Assembly: GCA_951406725.2 (NCBI GenBank) | Contig: OX597824.1 | Span: forward strand, 12,152,001 to 12,216,000 | Reading direction: 5' to 3' | DNA: 64,000 nucleotides | Origin: Octopus vulgaris | Taxonomy: Eukaryota | Shown: positions 13,701 to 25,645 of the stretch, in pieces | Layout: every line of letters starts with the position of its first letter | Numbering within the stretch: position 1 is the first letter of the stretch | The notes under the pieces: generated by a model | What the model was told of the DNA's origin: nothing | The model's input: only the letters and a program-made list of their open reading frames with translations | Database searches by the model: none | Translations under genes and position numbers: made by a program

Positions 13701-15409
13701 GATTAGAAAAAAAATTATTTATCTCCAGAATAGAGAAATGGAGTAGGATTTTGGTTATTCCTTTATTTTCTTACTGGTTTCAGTCATTGGACTGCGGCCA
13801 TGCTGGAACACCGCCTTCTACGGAACAGTCGATTAATTCGACACTCATACTTATTTTATTGACCTCGAAAGTATGAAAGGCAAAGTAGACCCGGGCGGGA
13901 TTTGAACACAGAATGTAAAGGTATATAGCCAAATCTTTATTTTATTTTTTGTCTTTGAACTGTAGACGACAAAGGGCAGTTAAATTCTTGCACCCTGCTA
14001 GTACAGTCTTTTGAGAACAAAAGAGTATTTTAAATGGCTTTATCTCATATTGCTATTTACATTAGTAAATATCTTTAAGATCATTCGTTAGCGAAAAAAA
14101 AGTCTTAATTTGAATTAGGACAAGACTGTGGAGTAAGATTATCATTGCATCAAAGATTGAAGGTAAAGTAGTTAAATATAAGAAGCACAATATAATAGAT
14201 ATAAGGTTAGGCTAGGTGATATAATATGGAAAAATATCTAATAAAAGTAGATTATAGTGAAGGATATTGCTGAAGAGATATCCAGAGATATATTCTCTGA
14301 CGGATATTTTTTTTACTAAAGGTATGTGCAATCATGCAATTACAATAAAGAAATATTTTTAAAATATAAATTTCGGAGAACAACTACAAATATATGAAAA
14401 ATTTAACGGAGAAAATAATTACTGTGTAAATTTTAAATATTTTAGTAGGTTTTTTTTCTTTTTAAAAGGCATAATTTGACTAAACTAAATTCTAACTATA
14501 TTATTATTGAGAAGGAAAGAGAAAGTGCTTCAGAAGTCTGTGGCACTGAAAGGCCTCTGGCAAAAGTGTCTTTGCTGGAACACTTTGCGGGCAACGGCCA
14601 GCTAGCTTTTTTGCATAGTTTCTGCAGTGATCATTTTTAACATTGTTGATAATAATAATAATTTTAATAAAAAATAATAATAATAATGATATAATCAAAA
14701 TAATTCAGGATATTAAGAAGAATAATTCTCTAAAAAAAAAAAAAAAATGGAAAAGATTCAATAGAATAATTATTTTTTTGATGATTTTTCCATGAGTGAA
14801 AAATAGTTGGACATAACTGCTGAGAAAAAAAACAAAAAACTGTACCATCACCAAACAGGTAAATTATCATAAATAAAAGCGCCATGTTTTATTACATTCA
14901 TGGCAACATAACAGTGTTAGACGAAGATCATTTTAACATTGGAAAACGGTTGTAATTGTTTACCACACAAACGAATAACATAACCATGGGTTATTTTTTG
15001 TTCGATTTTTTTTCCTTTTTTCTTTTAAATCATGGACAAACACATTGATGAGAAATCAAAATCACAGGCAATGCAATAATTAATTCCAAGTTTCAGAAGT
15101 AGCGAACGAAGCAAACCTCTGAAACATTATCAAATGCAGAGATTCTTGTGTTATTACAGTATGAAGAAGAGATATTAAGAATAGAAAAATATGATGCTAT
15201 GGTTTATTGAGAAGCCAGCAATATGTTATGTACAGAAGTTTGCTGGTCTTCAATAATACATCTTTGTGATTTATCAAAAAACTTACTACAAAACAGACAT
15301 GACAAAAAAGACACAGTTATACATATATATATATATATACGTATATATATATGTATATAAGCAACAGTAATAGACGTTGGTTGGTGATGGATACTTCATT
15401 GCATTTCCT
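10735..15409 (-). other. Putative long 3' UTR of calpain with candidate AATAAA at 10735-10740
   Basis: AT-rich, relatively TE-poor stretch after the stop codon. AATAAA on the minus strand is followed by U/GU-rich sequence. Other AATAAA hexamers exist, so the end point is uncertain. Confidence 0.35.
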
Positions 15410-15436
15410 TTAGGAATACATGGTCATCTGGACGAA
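15410..15436 (-). CDS. Calpain terminal coding exon (FVQMTMYS*)
   Basis: tttttttctttcAG|TTCGTCCAGATGACCATGTATTCCTAA, matching the calpain C-terminal [WF].Q.TMY.* motif. Confidence 0.93.
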   Translation of the reverse strand, partial: FVQMTMYS

Positions 15437-15511
15437 CTGAAAGAAAAAAAAGATATGGTTTGCTGTAGCAGTTTTCTTGAGTTTAGTGTTTATAATAAGC
15501 TTATTCACTAT

Positions 15512-15984
15512 ACTCTCTTTTACTCTTTTACTTGCTTCAGTCGTTTGACCGCAGCCATGCTGGGGCACCGCCTTTAGTCGAGCGAATCGACCCCAGGACT
15601 TATTCTTTGGAAGCCTAGTACTTATTCTATCAGTCTCTTTTGCCGAATAGCTAAGTTACGGGGATGTAAACACACCAGCATCAGTTGTCAAGCGATGTTG
15701 GAGGGACAGACACACAAACATTGCCGAATAGCTAAGTTACGGGGATGTAAACACACCAGCATCAGTTGTCAAGCAATGTTGGAGGGACAAACATATACAC
15801 ACACATACATACATATATACGACGGGCTTCTTTCAGTTTCCGTCTACCAAATCCACTCACAAAGCTTTGGTCGGCCCGAGGCTATAGTAGAAGACACTTG
15901 ACCAAGATGCCACGCAGTGGGACTAAACCCAGAACCATGTGGTTGGTAAACAAGCTACTTATCACACAGCCAGTCCTACACCTA
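15512..15984 (-). mobile_element. SINE family A with an internal ~80-bp tandem duplication
   Basis: Reverse complement of family A. TTGCCGAATAGCTAAGTTACGGGGATG...GGAGGGACA is repeated at ~15640 and ~15721. Confidence 0.85.
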
Positions 15985-16569
15985 TAAAATATACTAAATA
16001 TTGCATTCGAAATGCTTAAATTCCCACTTCTGAGTGAGGAACTATTTCACTTTTGAATAACTTCCACCTCAACTTTAACTCAAATCAGAGTACAACTCTT
16101 ATATATGGAACAGTGCACCAGCATGGCCTTAAATGCAGGGCCACCTTAGTAGCATTAGAGGTCCCTGGTAAAATCAGTGCATTGGCTCTATAGTATTTAT
16201 TTGTTCATACCAAGCCACAATATGTACACAGGTCAGAACTGAGCCCCCGGGCAACAACAACAGTAGCAGTAGGCACTTATCCAACCATTAAATTCTTGAA
16301 ATAGGAATAAAGAACAATGGAATAGATAATGTAAGGTTTTTTTAGTGTGACACTTATAACCTGTCAATGAGCTTAAAAGCTAAGCTAAAAATAGCAGAGA
16401 ATCGTTTTCAAATCACATTCTACCGTTTCAAAAAGTGAAGGAAACATGTTGTATGCAAGATAATGCAGTTCTATATGTACATTAGATCTGAAACAAACAT
16501 AGGTTGGTCAAAGCCTGAATATCTTTCATCATTAGTCTGTTCAAATTGGGATTGACCTGGGTTATACAT

Positions 16570-16936
16570 GTGGAAGCACTCCGTCGGTTACGATGATGAG
16601 GGTTCCAGTTGATCCGATCAACGGAACAGCCTGCTCGTGGAATTAACGTGTAAGTGGCTGAGCACTCCACAGACACGTGTACCCTTAACGTAGTTCTCGG
16701 GGATATTCAGCGTGACACAGAGAGTGACAAGGCCGGCCCTTTGAAATACAGGTACAACAGAAACAGGAAGTAAGAGTGAGAGAAAGTTGTGTGAAAGAGT
16801 ACAGCAGGGATCACCACCATCCCCTGCCGGAGCCTCGTGGAGCTTTAGGTGTTTTCGCTCAAAAAACACTCACAACGCCCGGTCTGGGAATCGAAACTGC
16901 GAGTCCGCTGCCCTAACCACTGGGCCATTGTGCCTC
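16570..16936 (-). mobile_element. tRNA-derived SINE, family D
   Basis: Minus-strand head GGAGGCACAATGGCCCAGTGGTTAGGGCAGCGGACTCGC..TTCGATTCCC. Copies at 21779-22164 and 42391-42708. Confidence 0.85.
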
Positions 16937-17478
16937 CCTGGGTTATACAATAACAACAACCACCACCAATTTGCAGGTTTATGCTATTCTTTTTCTTCCC
17001 TGCTTACCGTTCATTGTATCATTTATATTCCCTCCCTCTAGCCAGCTGTTGCTCACCTAATACTCTTGTGAACTTGCCCGAGCCTCTACCCCTATCCCTT
17101 TCACCTATTCCTCTGTCCCCATTCTCTTCATATTCACACTCTTGTAACTTGCGGGTATGTCCTCACAACCCATTACCATAATATTTCCTCCAACTGGGGT
17201 AGATACCTATTCCCATCTCTCTATCATACTCCTGTTGCTCAACACCTGGCAAAAGCCAATTCTCTCAACGTCCTCTCCCATCAAGGGATCTTAAAGCACC
17301 TAGTACACTCTGAAAAGTGGTTGGCATTAGGAAGGGCATCTAGCCATAGAAACCATGCCAAATCAGGCATGGAGCTGAACGCAGTCCTCTGTCTTGGATT
17401 TTGTCAAACCATTCAACCCATGCCAGTATGAAATACTAATGTTAAATGATGATGATGATCAGTAAAAAAAAAACTTAC

Positions 17479-17537
17479 ATTATTGGCAGAGAGAGCGATG
17501 ACTCCAGTTTTTCCTGTATCATAGGTAGCAAATGAAG
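17479..17537 (-). CDS. Calpain PEF exon, EF-hand 5 (TSFATYDTGKTGVIALSANN)
   Basis: Acceptor tctcttttcAG, donor GTaagt, 59 nt, phase 1 to 0. Carries the F...D...TG.I.L motif. Confidence 0.93.
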
Positions 17538-17615
17538 CTGAAAAGAGATATACAAAAATACATGTAAAAATAGAAGTGAAGATCTTAAAAAATTCTCAAA
17601 ACCCAAATATATTAA

Positions 17616-17999
17616 TCTCTATGTTTATAAACGGCAAAATGTCTGTGTGTCCTTTATACAAATCCACAGTTTTTCACATAAAAGGCTCACATTTTCTAAG
17701 GGCTTTCAAAACTGTCTGAGGGTGGACATGAAGATCTTTTCATTTCCCCAGCCACCCCAGAAAGCCATTAAAAAAAAAAATCGATAAACCGACCCCTTAT
17801 GTTCATAAGTTATGGGCACTGCCAAAGTCCAATGAATATTAATTAATTTCATAAAAAGTTCAACTAGCTCATATACAACAAAACTGGCCCCGGGCTGAAA
17901 TGTGATAAGAAACTTAGCTCTTGATTTAGTGAGAAATTTTTACTGTGACCCAGCAACAAGCACTAGCACTAGACCTGGCAATGCCAGTTCATAGTCTAG
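17616..17999 (+). mobile_element. Non-autonomous Helitron (degenerate)
   Basis: Starts A|TC, has hairpin CTGGCAATGCCAG and ends CTAG|T. Confidence 0.65.
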
Positions 18000-18017
18000 T
18001 AATTCTTAAAACCCAAA

Positions 18018-18418
18018 TCTCTCTCTATATATAAAGCTGAAGTTGTCTGTGTATGGCAGGTTTGGTAGCCTTCAACTAACACTAACTCCTCCGAGACCCT
18101 GCGGCGCAAGTTGACCAAAATCGAGATTATGATAGAAGAAGGCTTGCTCTTCCTTCCATAGAAGAAAAAATTCAAATCGGACCATGTTAACACCAAACAT
18201 TATTTACATCAAAAAGGTGCTTTTTTTCTATGAAAATCCCTATTTTTTTACGATTTTTTTACTGCTGTGTTGCCACTTTTCGGTGTATTTCAACCAGAAA
18301 AATGTTGAATTAAAGAGAATAACAAGCTACATAATGCAAAATTTTTACTTTTCAAAAATTTCAATTCTAAAGGGTCGAAAAGAAAACAAGCCCGAGCAAT
18401 GCTGGGCTATACTGCTAG
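18018..18418 (+). mobile_element. Non-autonomous Helitron, same family as 9422-9797
   Basis: TC start, CTAG|T end and subterminal hairpin; the body is nearly identical to 9422-9797. Confidence 0.8.
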
Positions 18419-18521
18419 TTGTACAGTAAAGTTTAATTGCATTTTTCTTATTTGCTGGGTCAGGGGGCAGATGTAAACCATTATGACTTAAAGACATGTA
18501 AGTGAAGAAACATTAACTCAC

Positions 18522-18638
18522 TGAGCATTGATTTCAGACGAATAGCACACACAATGAAGTCCACAAATGAGATTGAACCATCCCCATTACTGTACCGCAT
18601 TACCAGCGCTTGGAAGTTATTGTTACTCAATCTAAATC
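18522..18638 (-). CDS. Calpain PEF exon, EF-hand 4 (GFRLSNNNFQALVMRYSNGDGSISFVDFIVCAIRLKSML)
   Basis: Acceptor ttatatttcAG, donor GTgagt, 117 nt, phase 1/1. Visible inside ORF 18481-18672; carries the calpain RY....G.I.F..F..C..RL motif. Confidence 0.96.
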
Positions 18639-18674
18639 CTGAAATATAATAGAAAATATGATTAATACACACAC

Positions 18675-18714
<40 letters not shown>

Positions 18715-19066
18715 CTAGCAGCTAAGCCTGGTTTCACCCGGTCTGTTTGGATGATGTGGCTATGATCGTTTTTGGTTAGGCATAATCTATAACAGCATTT
18801 CTCAACCTTATAATTTCGGGTCCCCTGTTTCGATTGGAGCCTCCAGCTGTATGAAAATTTCCTGGCCCACCCTGTCAGAAAACAGCTTCAGATCGATTTT
18901 CTCAGTAAGTATGGGGGCTAGGAAAAAAATACAAACTGCATTCCAATCTATGCACCCATCTCCACATGTGTGCCCTTTTTCACGCGAATCCACCCAGCCA
19001 TTTGGCTGTGAACCTCAAGACAAGAAAGAATACAACAATCGCTCCATTTCCAATTTATATTATAGA
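18715..19066 (-). mobile_element. Non-autonomous Helitron
   Basis: Minus strand starts A|TCTATAATAT and ends CTGCTAG|T, with hairpin-like CCGGGTGAAACCAGG. Confidence 0.7.
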
Positions 19067-19157
19067 TTGAATGAATTCAAGAGCACAGTATGGGGGAATT
19101 GAACTCATTACTTCATGATTGAGGGTCCGACACTCTAACCACTGAGCCATATATATA

Positions 19158-19400
19158 TCATCATCATCATCGTTTAACGTCCGCTTTCCATGCTAGCATG
19201 GGTTGAACGGTTTGACTGGGGTTTGGGAAGCCAGAAGGCTGCACCAGGCCCAGTCTGATCTGGCAGTGTTTCTACAGCTGGATGCCCTTCCTAACGCCAA
19301 CCACTCTGTGAGTGTAGTGGGTGCTTTTTATGTGCCACCGGCACAGGTGCCAGACGAGGCTGGCAAACGGCCATGATCGGATGGTGCTTTTTACGTGCCA
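19158..19400 (-). mobile_element. SINE family B
   Basis: (CAT)n-CGTTTAACGTCCGCTTTCCATGCTAGCATGGG signature. Confidence 0.8.
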
Positions 19401-19599
19401 TATATATATATATATATATAGAAGGAGGGATAGATAAATAGAATGATAGATAGATATCTGAGTTTGTATGATTGTGTATAGAAATATATTGATCAATAAA
19501 ATTCCAACCTAGTCTGATTCTCATATTTTATTATTCCTACCCAGAGGTAGGAATGAATTTGGATAAAGATAATGGCTCTAGCTAGAAAAAAAGTAAAGT

Positions 19600-19890
19600 T
19601 GCTGAAGGATTGATAACAATTCAAAACCAAAGAGACATCTCACAGGGAAACAAAATCTGAAAGGTTGGGTAGACCACATCTTAAGGAAACCAACATCCTG
19701 CGTTATATGTCAGGCCTCTGACCAAGAACCCACAGGGGAGGCAGAAGGGAGGACATTGTAACAGCTGGAAGCAAGATACTGAGGCAGAGCTGAAGAAAGC
19801 AGAAAAGATAGCCCAGAGTTGAGAGCAGAGGAGAAAAGTTGCCGATGGTCAATGTTCTATAGGGAACATGGGTCTTAAATAATTAAGTAA
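19600..19890 (+). mobile_element. RTE-clade LINE 3' end remnant
   Basis: Translates with frameshifts to WVDHILRKPTSCVICQA..NPQGRQKGGH.NSWKQDTEAELKK, resembling the RTE C-terminal W.GH.LRK...RQAL.WNPQGKR.RGRP..TW motif. TAA-type tail. Confidence 0.7.
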
Positions 19891-20010
19891 TAAGAGGTGT
19901 TTAGTTACTTGAACCATATGTTAATTAGATTAATTCCTTATATGAATCAATGAGTAAATAACTATGTGTATCATAAATTGCTTCAGAATATAAAATAAAT
20001 GTTTACTTAC

Positions 20011-20089
20011 CAGCACTGTGCAGTGCGTTACGAAGTTCATGAGAATTCAGATTTCCACTTTTATCTGCATCAAAGTCTTTGAAAACAGA
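20011..20089 (-). CDS. Calpain PEF exon, EF-hand 3 (SVFKDFDADKSGNLNSHELRNALHSA)
   Basis: Acceptor ttcattttcAG, donor G|GTaagt, 79 nt. Canonical EF loop DADKSGNLNSHE. Confidence 0.96.
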
Positions 20090-21286
20090 CTGAAAATGAA
20101 GATGAAAAAATACAATAGATAAATGTCATTTTCTTTATATTTCAGGAAATTCTTAAAGGATACCTGACTGTTCTTTAATTCTATAATGCTTAGTATTCCT
20201 AAGTCATATGATTCCAAAGGGAAATTCTTAACCACATTACTATGAAAGTGCATCACACACACACCTTATAACCGTATAATGCTATAATACATAATGTTAT
20301 ATATAACTATATAATGTTCATCATCACTATCAACATCAATATTTAGCATCTGGTTTCCCTGCTGACATGGGTTGACAAGAACTGGTAAGACCAAGGGCTT
20401 CACCAGGTTCCATAGTCTGATTTGGCTTGGCTTCTACAGCTGGATGCCCTCCCTAATGCCAAGCACTTTACAGAATGTACTGGGTGTTTTTTTACATGGC
20501 ACAAGCACCAGTGGTTTTCATGTGGCACCTTGGTTATAGGATCTCAGTTCTGTTGTGATGGGCAGGTTTTCTTGAGTACAGCGATATGCCACATATCTTG
20601 GTCCTCTGTCATCTCCTTTGTAAGGCTCAATACTTTGTTCCATGTCTTCCTGGATCTTCCCTCCACTTTCATATATAATGCTATACATAACTATAAAATG
20701 TTATAATGTAATGAGCTGACAAGAGACTCTCTATGTGGTCGCCTGACCCACTAGATAGAAGAGTCACACCATCCTCAAATAACAGCCAATTGGCTTAAAA
20801 AGTGAAGGATGCATTAGAAAATGTCTTAGATATACAGAAAAGATGGGATAATCGAAATTATAACTCCTTTGGCCATCCATAGTTTTGCTTCATCAGGGCT
20901 AACTCAAGGTTAAACAACAACAAGAACAGCAACAACAACTATGCAGCACATGTACATATCACACACCTTCACACAACACATACTTCCATGTAACATATAT
21001 GCTATACATCTACTTGATGAGGGCTAACTTTGAGCTAAACAACAAGGACGTATCACATGTTTGTATAACATATCCCACAGCTATTTATAATACATCACGT
21101 ATTATCATCTGACCACACCACATACTTTCATTTATCTCATACCTTCATATATTGACACTGAAAGCTTTCATATAAATATTTTGTATATCACATTCATATA
21201 TTTAGGTGTGTGTGTATACCACTGAAACTCCCCCCAAACTAGACACTATATATATACATATATATATTGGTAGTTTGAAAATGCAT

Positions 21287-21506
21287 TTAACCCTTTAGCA
21301 TTTAAACCGGCCAAAAGTGTTCTGCCTGTTTTATGTTCAAACTAGCCATATTTGGTCTCTCACACCAACCCTACAATATCGTTTTAAAAATTAACAGCTA
21401 CCTCATCAAAATCTCATAGCTACAAGATTAATGCATGATTAGTTCAAAACAATGTGGATAAAAAAGGATTAATTTTGGCAGAACAATGTGAACACTAAAG
21501 GGTTAA
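21287..21506. mobile_element. TTAA MITE, family P1
   Basis: TTAACCCTTTAG...CTAAAGGGTTAA termini. Confidence 0.8.
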
Positions 21507-21778
21507 AGTACAAAGACAGTATAGTGGGGAGTTTTAAATACATCTCCCTATGTAACTTACCATCACTTGAATTTGAGATAAGTTTGAAGGAGATGGAGAT
21601 GTTCAGATTGTCAACATGAAATGTTCCAGAAGACTATGAACATCGACAAGCTCCACAAAGTGAGAAAGGGGTACTAGAAAAGTATCGCCAGAGTATATCA
21701 TGTACTTTTATATAATGCTATCATACACTTTCACTTAACTATGTCACACCTTGTCATCAAGGTGTGACATCACACAAG

Positions 21779-22164
21779 TGGAAGCACTCCGTCGGTTACA
21801 ATGACGAGGGTTCCGGTTGATCCGAATCAACGGAACAGCCTGCTCGTGAAATTAACGTGTAAGTGGCTGAGCACTCCACAGACACGTGTACCCTTAACGT
21901 AGTTCTCGGGGATATTCAGCGTGACACAGAGAGTGACAAGGCCGGCCCTTTGAAATACAGATACAACAGAAACAGGAAGTAAGAGTGAGAGAAAGTTGTG
22001 GTGAAAGAGTACAGCAGGGATCACCACCATCCCCTGCTGCAGCCTCGTGGAGCTTTTAGGTGTTTTCGCTCAATAAATACTCACAACGCCCGGTCTGGGA
22101 ATCGAAACCGCGATCCTACGACCGCGAGTCCGCTGCCCTAACCACTGGGCCATTGCGCCTCCAC
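21779..22164 (-). mobile_element. SINE family D, full length, with TSD CATCACACAAGT
   Basis: 12-bp direct repeats at ~21768 and ~22165 flank the element. Confidence 0.88.
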
Positions 22165-22217
22165 CATCACACAAGTATACAACATATTATATATATTTTT
22201 CTTAACGTGTAACATAC

Positions 22218-22286
22218 CTTCCATCTGCGAAGATCTTTCCAAAGAGTTTTGAATTCCACAAATCCCAGTTTTCCAGACATGTCACC
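22218..22286 (-). CDS. Calpain PEF exon, EF-hand 2 (GDMSGKLGFVEFKTLWKDLRRWK)
   Basis: 69 nt, phase 0/0, acceptor preceded by TCCTTAAC, donor GTatgt. Carries the D.SGKLG..EF..LW motif; the length matches the corresponding vertebrate calpain exon as I recall it. Confidence 0.96.
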
Positions 22287-23120
22287 CTGAGAGTTATGTT
22301 AAGGACAAATTCTGGTAACTTTTAGAAAATAACATAAAAACAAAAATAAATCAAAATATTTTAAATAACAGCTATACTTGTCCCCAAGGTTCCATAGTTT
22401 CCCCGTAAAGAAAGAAATGGAATAGTTGATTGGTCATGTCTCTGCTTCCACCACCACCACCATCACTACAACTGCCAGCATGGATTGGATGCTTTCAAGG
22501 GGTCTGTTGTGTCAGGGGACTTTATCATGTACTAATTGGTATTTCATCTGTCCTTGTGATCTGAGTTCAAATTCTGCCAAAATCAACTTTTGCCTTCCAT
22601 CCCCTCAGGGTCAATGAAATAAATACCTGTACTGCCGGCCTTGTGCAAAAATTTGAAACCAATATTTACTTCAGAAAATTATTATTAATGATGTATTAAT
22701 TTTTTGGCAGCTGATGAGGTTGGGTGTAGCAATTATGAGTAATGTATCATTAATTTCATAATGCACAGTATAATTGAATTAATTAATTCTGTATAAGATT
22801 ACAGGTTTTCCTTATATGGAAGTATAATTATCTCACCAACAGCAGCAAAGACTTATATAATTAATGCTGCATTAAGTTTTTGTCTGTACCAAATTGATTT
22901 CTCTCAAGGCTAAGATCACTAATTAAATTTTCGAGAAAAATTGTTATAAGATCATTAGGATAATTATCATACGAGAGAAGGGATAAACCTGTTGTCAAGT
23001 TTATTTGGCAACTACAGGGTCGTAGGTTTGACCTCACTGTGTGTCTTCTGCAATAACCTTTGGTTTGCCGATGCTTATACTTTCTGGGGGAAATTTGGTA
23101 GATGGAAACTATAGTAAACT

Positions 23121-23628
23121 AAGATGGCAAGCTGGCAGAAATGTTAGCACGCTGGGTGAAATGCTTAGCGGTATTTTGTCTGCTGTTATGTTCTGAGTTC
23201 AAATTCCACCGAGGTCAACTTTGCCTTTCATCCTTTCGGGGCGGATAAATTAAGAACTAGTTACACACTAGGGTCGATATAATCGACTTAATCCCTTTGT
23301 CTGTCCTTGTTTGTCCCCTCTGTGTGTAGCCCCTTGTTGGCAGTACAGAAATAAGAAACGTTAGCATGCCAGGCGAAATGTTTCTAATCTTCTCATCTTA
23401 AGGCGGCGAGCTGGCAGAAACATTAGCACACCGGGCGAAAACCTTAGCAGTATTTTGTCTGCCGTTATGTTCAGAGTTCAAATTCTGCCGAGGTCGACTT
23501 TGCCTTTCATCCTTTTGGGGTCGATAAATTAAGTACCAGTTACGCACTGGGGTCAATCGACTTAGTCTCTTTGTCTGTCCTTGTTTGTCCCCTCTATATT
23601 TAGCCCCTTGTGGGCAATAAAGGAATAG
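23121..23628 (+). mobile_element. Tandem pair of family C SINEs sharing one flanking duplication (GAACTATAGTAAAC-like)
   Basis: Copies at ~23121-23354 and ~23399-23628, flanked by ggaaactatagtaaac and ggaactatagtaaac. Confidence 0.8.
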
Positions 23629-24130
23629 GGAACTATAGTAAACCATTGTTTATATATATGTATCATCTTCATTGTTTAATGTTCTTCTTCCATGCTGGCA
23701 TGTGTTGGATGGTTTGACAGGAGCTGGCCATCCAGTAGCCTGCGCCATGCTTCTGTGTCTGTTTTGGCATGGTTTTTACAGCTGGATGCCCCTCCAAATG
23801 CCAACCACTTTACAGTGTGGATTGTATGTTTTTAAGTGGCATTTTCACTGGCAGGGTCATATATAAAATTAATGTGGGCAGCTGGGCACAATATAAACCA
23901 TGTAGGCAAAATTCAGTTGTCACTAATTGTGATGGTTTGTGCTACAAGTACATATATTGCTAGAAATACCAGTTAAACCACTTATAGATGCATAAAAGCA
24001 CATTTATATATACTGATAGGGTAGATAACTTCTCCATGAGTGAAGCAAAATTACAACATTGGACTGGACAGTTTCATCCTAAAGGGAATTGTGAAAAGTG
24101 TGCCTCCATCACTTCCATGGAGTATATATA

Positions 24131-24526
24131 CTCTTTTACTTGTTTCAGTCATTTGACTGTGGCCATGCTGGAGCACCGCCTTTAGTCGAGCAAATCAACC
24201 CCAGGACCTATTCTTTGTAAGCCTAGTACTTATTCTATTGGTCTCTTTTGCCAAACCGCTAAGTTACGGAGACATAAACACACCAGCATCGGTTGTCAAG
24301 TGATGTTGTGGGGACAAACACAGACATACATACACACATATATAAATGCTTATACATATATACAATGGGCTTCTTTCAGTTTCCGTCTATCAAATCCACT
24401 CACAAGGCTTTGGTTGGCCCAAGGCTATAGTAGAAGACACTTGCCCAAGGTACAACGCAGTGGGACTGAACCCAGAACCATGTGGTTGGTAAGCAAGCTA
24501 CTTACCACACAGCCACTCCTACACCT
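24131..24526 (-). mobile_element. SINE family A
   Basis: Reverse-complement match to family A. Confidence 0.85.
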
Positions 24527-25050
24527 ATATTATATATATATATATTTGACATATGTATTTATGGCTGATTTAGTGAAATGCCAAATCATTTAGTATAAAA
24601 TTAATGTGGGCAGCTGGATGCAATATAAACTGTATGGGCAAAACTTAGTCATCACATATATTGCTAGAAATAGCAGTTAAACCACTTATAACTGTAAAAG
24701 TACATTTATATAAGAGAGAAGAGAATATATCACTTATATAACACTACATGATCTATGTTATTGTTCTTATTTAGCCCAATGTTACCCTAACATTGCAGAT
24801 GGTATTCCAACCATGACTATCCCATCTTTTTTTCACACAGTGTGGCAGCACTACATTATCCAATGTTTCCTTATTTTTTTAAAAATAAAAATATTGTATA
24901 ATAGGGTGACTTGACTGATATTTCTAGCAGGTTGATTGATGATGTAGATATTGCTATGATGTATAGAGGACACTCATGAACCGAAGACCAGAGGGGCTCA
25001 GTCAGAGTATAAAGAAATAAAATTAAAATCTACTCTTTGAAAAAGGATAC

Positions 25051-25109
25051 ATCGTGCATTGCAACCATGCTACGACAAGCCTCAATTCCGAAACCTTCAA
25101 ACTGAAACT
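25051..25109 (-). CDS. Calpain PEF exon (EFQFEGFGIEACRSMVAMHD)
   Basis: Acceptor gctgttttcAG, donor GTATCCTTT (U12 type), 59 nt, phase 1 to 0. Carries the calpain motif GF..E.CRSMVAM.D. Confidence 0.95.
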
Positions 25110-25159
25110 CTGAAAACAGCAGAAGAGAAGTATTAATAACGAAACAGAATAACATTCTG

Positions 25160-25225
25160 TACACATACATACAAGTTTATATATATATATACAGATAGAT
25201 AGATAGATATATATGTGTATCTATC

Positions 25226-25262
<37 letters not shown>

Positions 25263-25264
25263 AT

Positions 25265-25296
<32 letters not shown>

Positions 25297-25419
25297 CATA
25301 CACATACAAGTTTATATATATATACAGATAGATATACATACAGTATCTATATATATATATATATATATACACATACAAGTTTATATATATATATACAGAT
25401 AGATAGATATATATGTGTA

Positions 25420-25461
<42 letters not shown>

Positions 25462-25547
25462 CAAGTTTATATATATATATACAGATAGATAGATATATAT
25501 GTGTATCTATATATATATATATATATATATATAGATAGATAGATAGA

Positions 25548-25589
<42 letters not shown>

Positions 25590-25645
25590 TATATATGTGT
25601 ATCTATATATATATATATAGATATATATATGCATGTATGTATGTG
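25160..25645. repeat. Compound (TA)n/(GATA)n microsatellite with higher-order units
   Basis: Repeating CACATACAAGTTTATATA...CAGATAGATAG units. Confidence 0.95.

Larger units (their letters stand above)
22287..25050 (-). other. U12-type (minor spliceosome) GT-AG intron of the calpain gene
   Basis: 5' splice site GTATCCTTT (plus strand aaaggatac, 25042-25050). Branch site TCCTTAAC (plus gttaagga, 22298-22305) close to the AG, with no long polypyrimidine tract. Confidence 0.93.

Noticed and set aside
14268-14310. CTGAAGA followed by a strong hairpin in the putative 3' UTR
   Set aside because: No GAAA box or NUH/stem I follows, so it is not a hammerhead.
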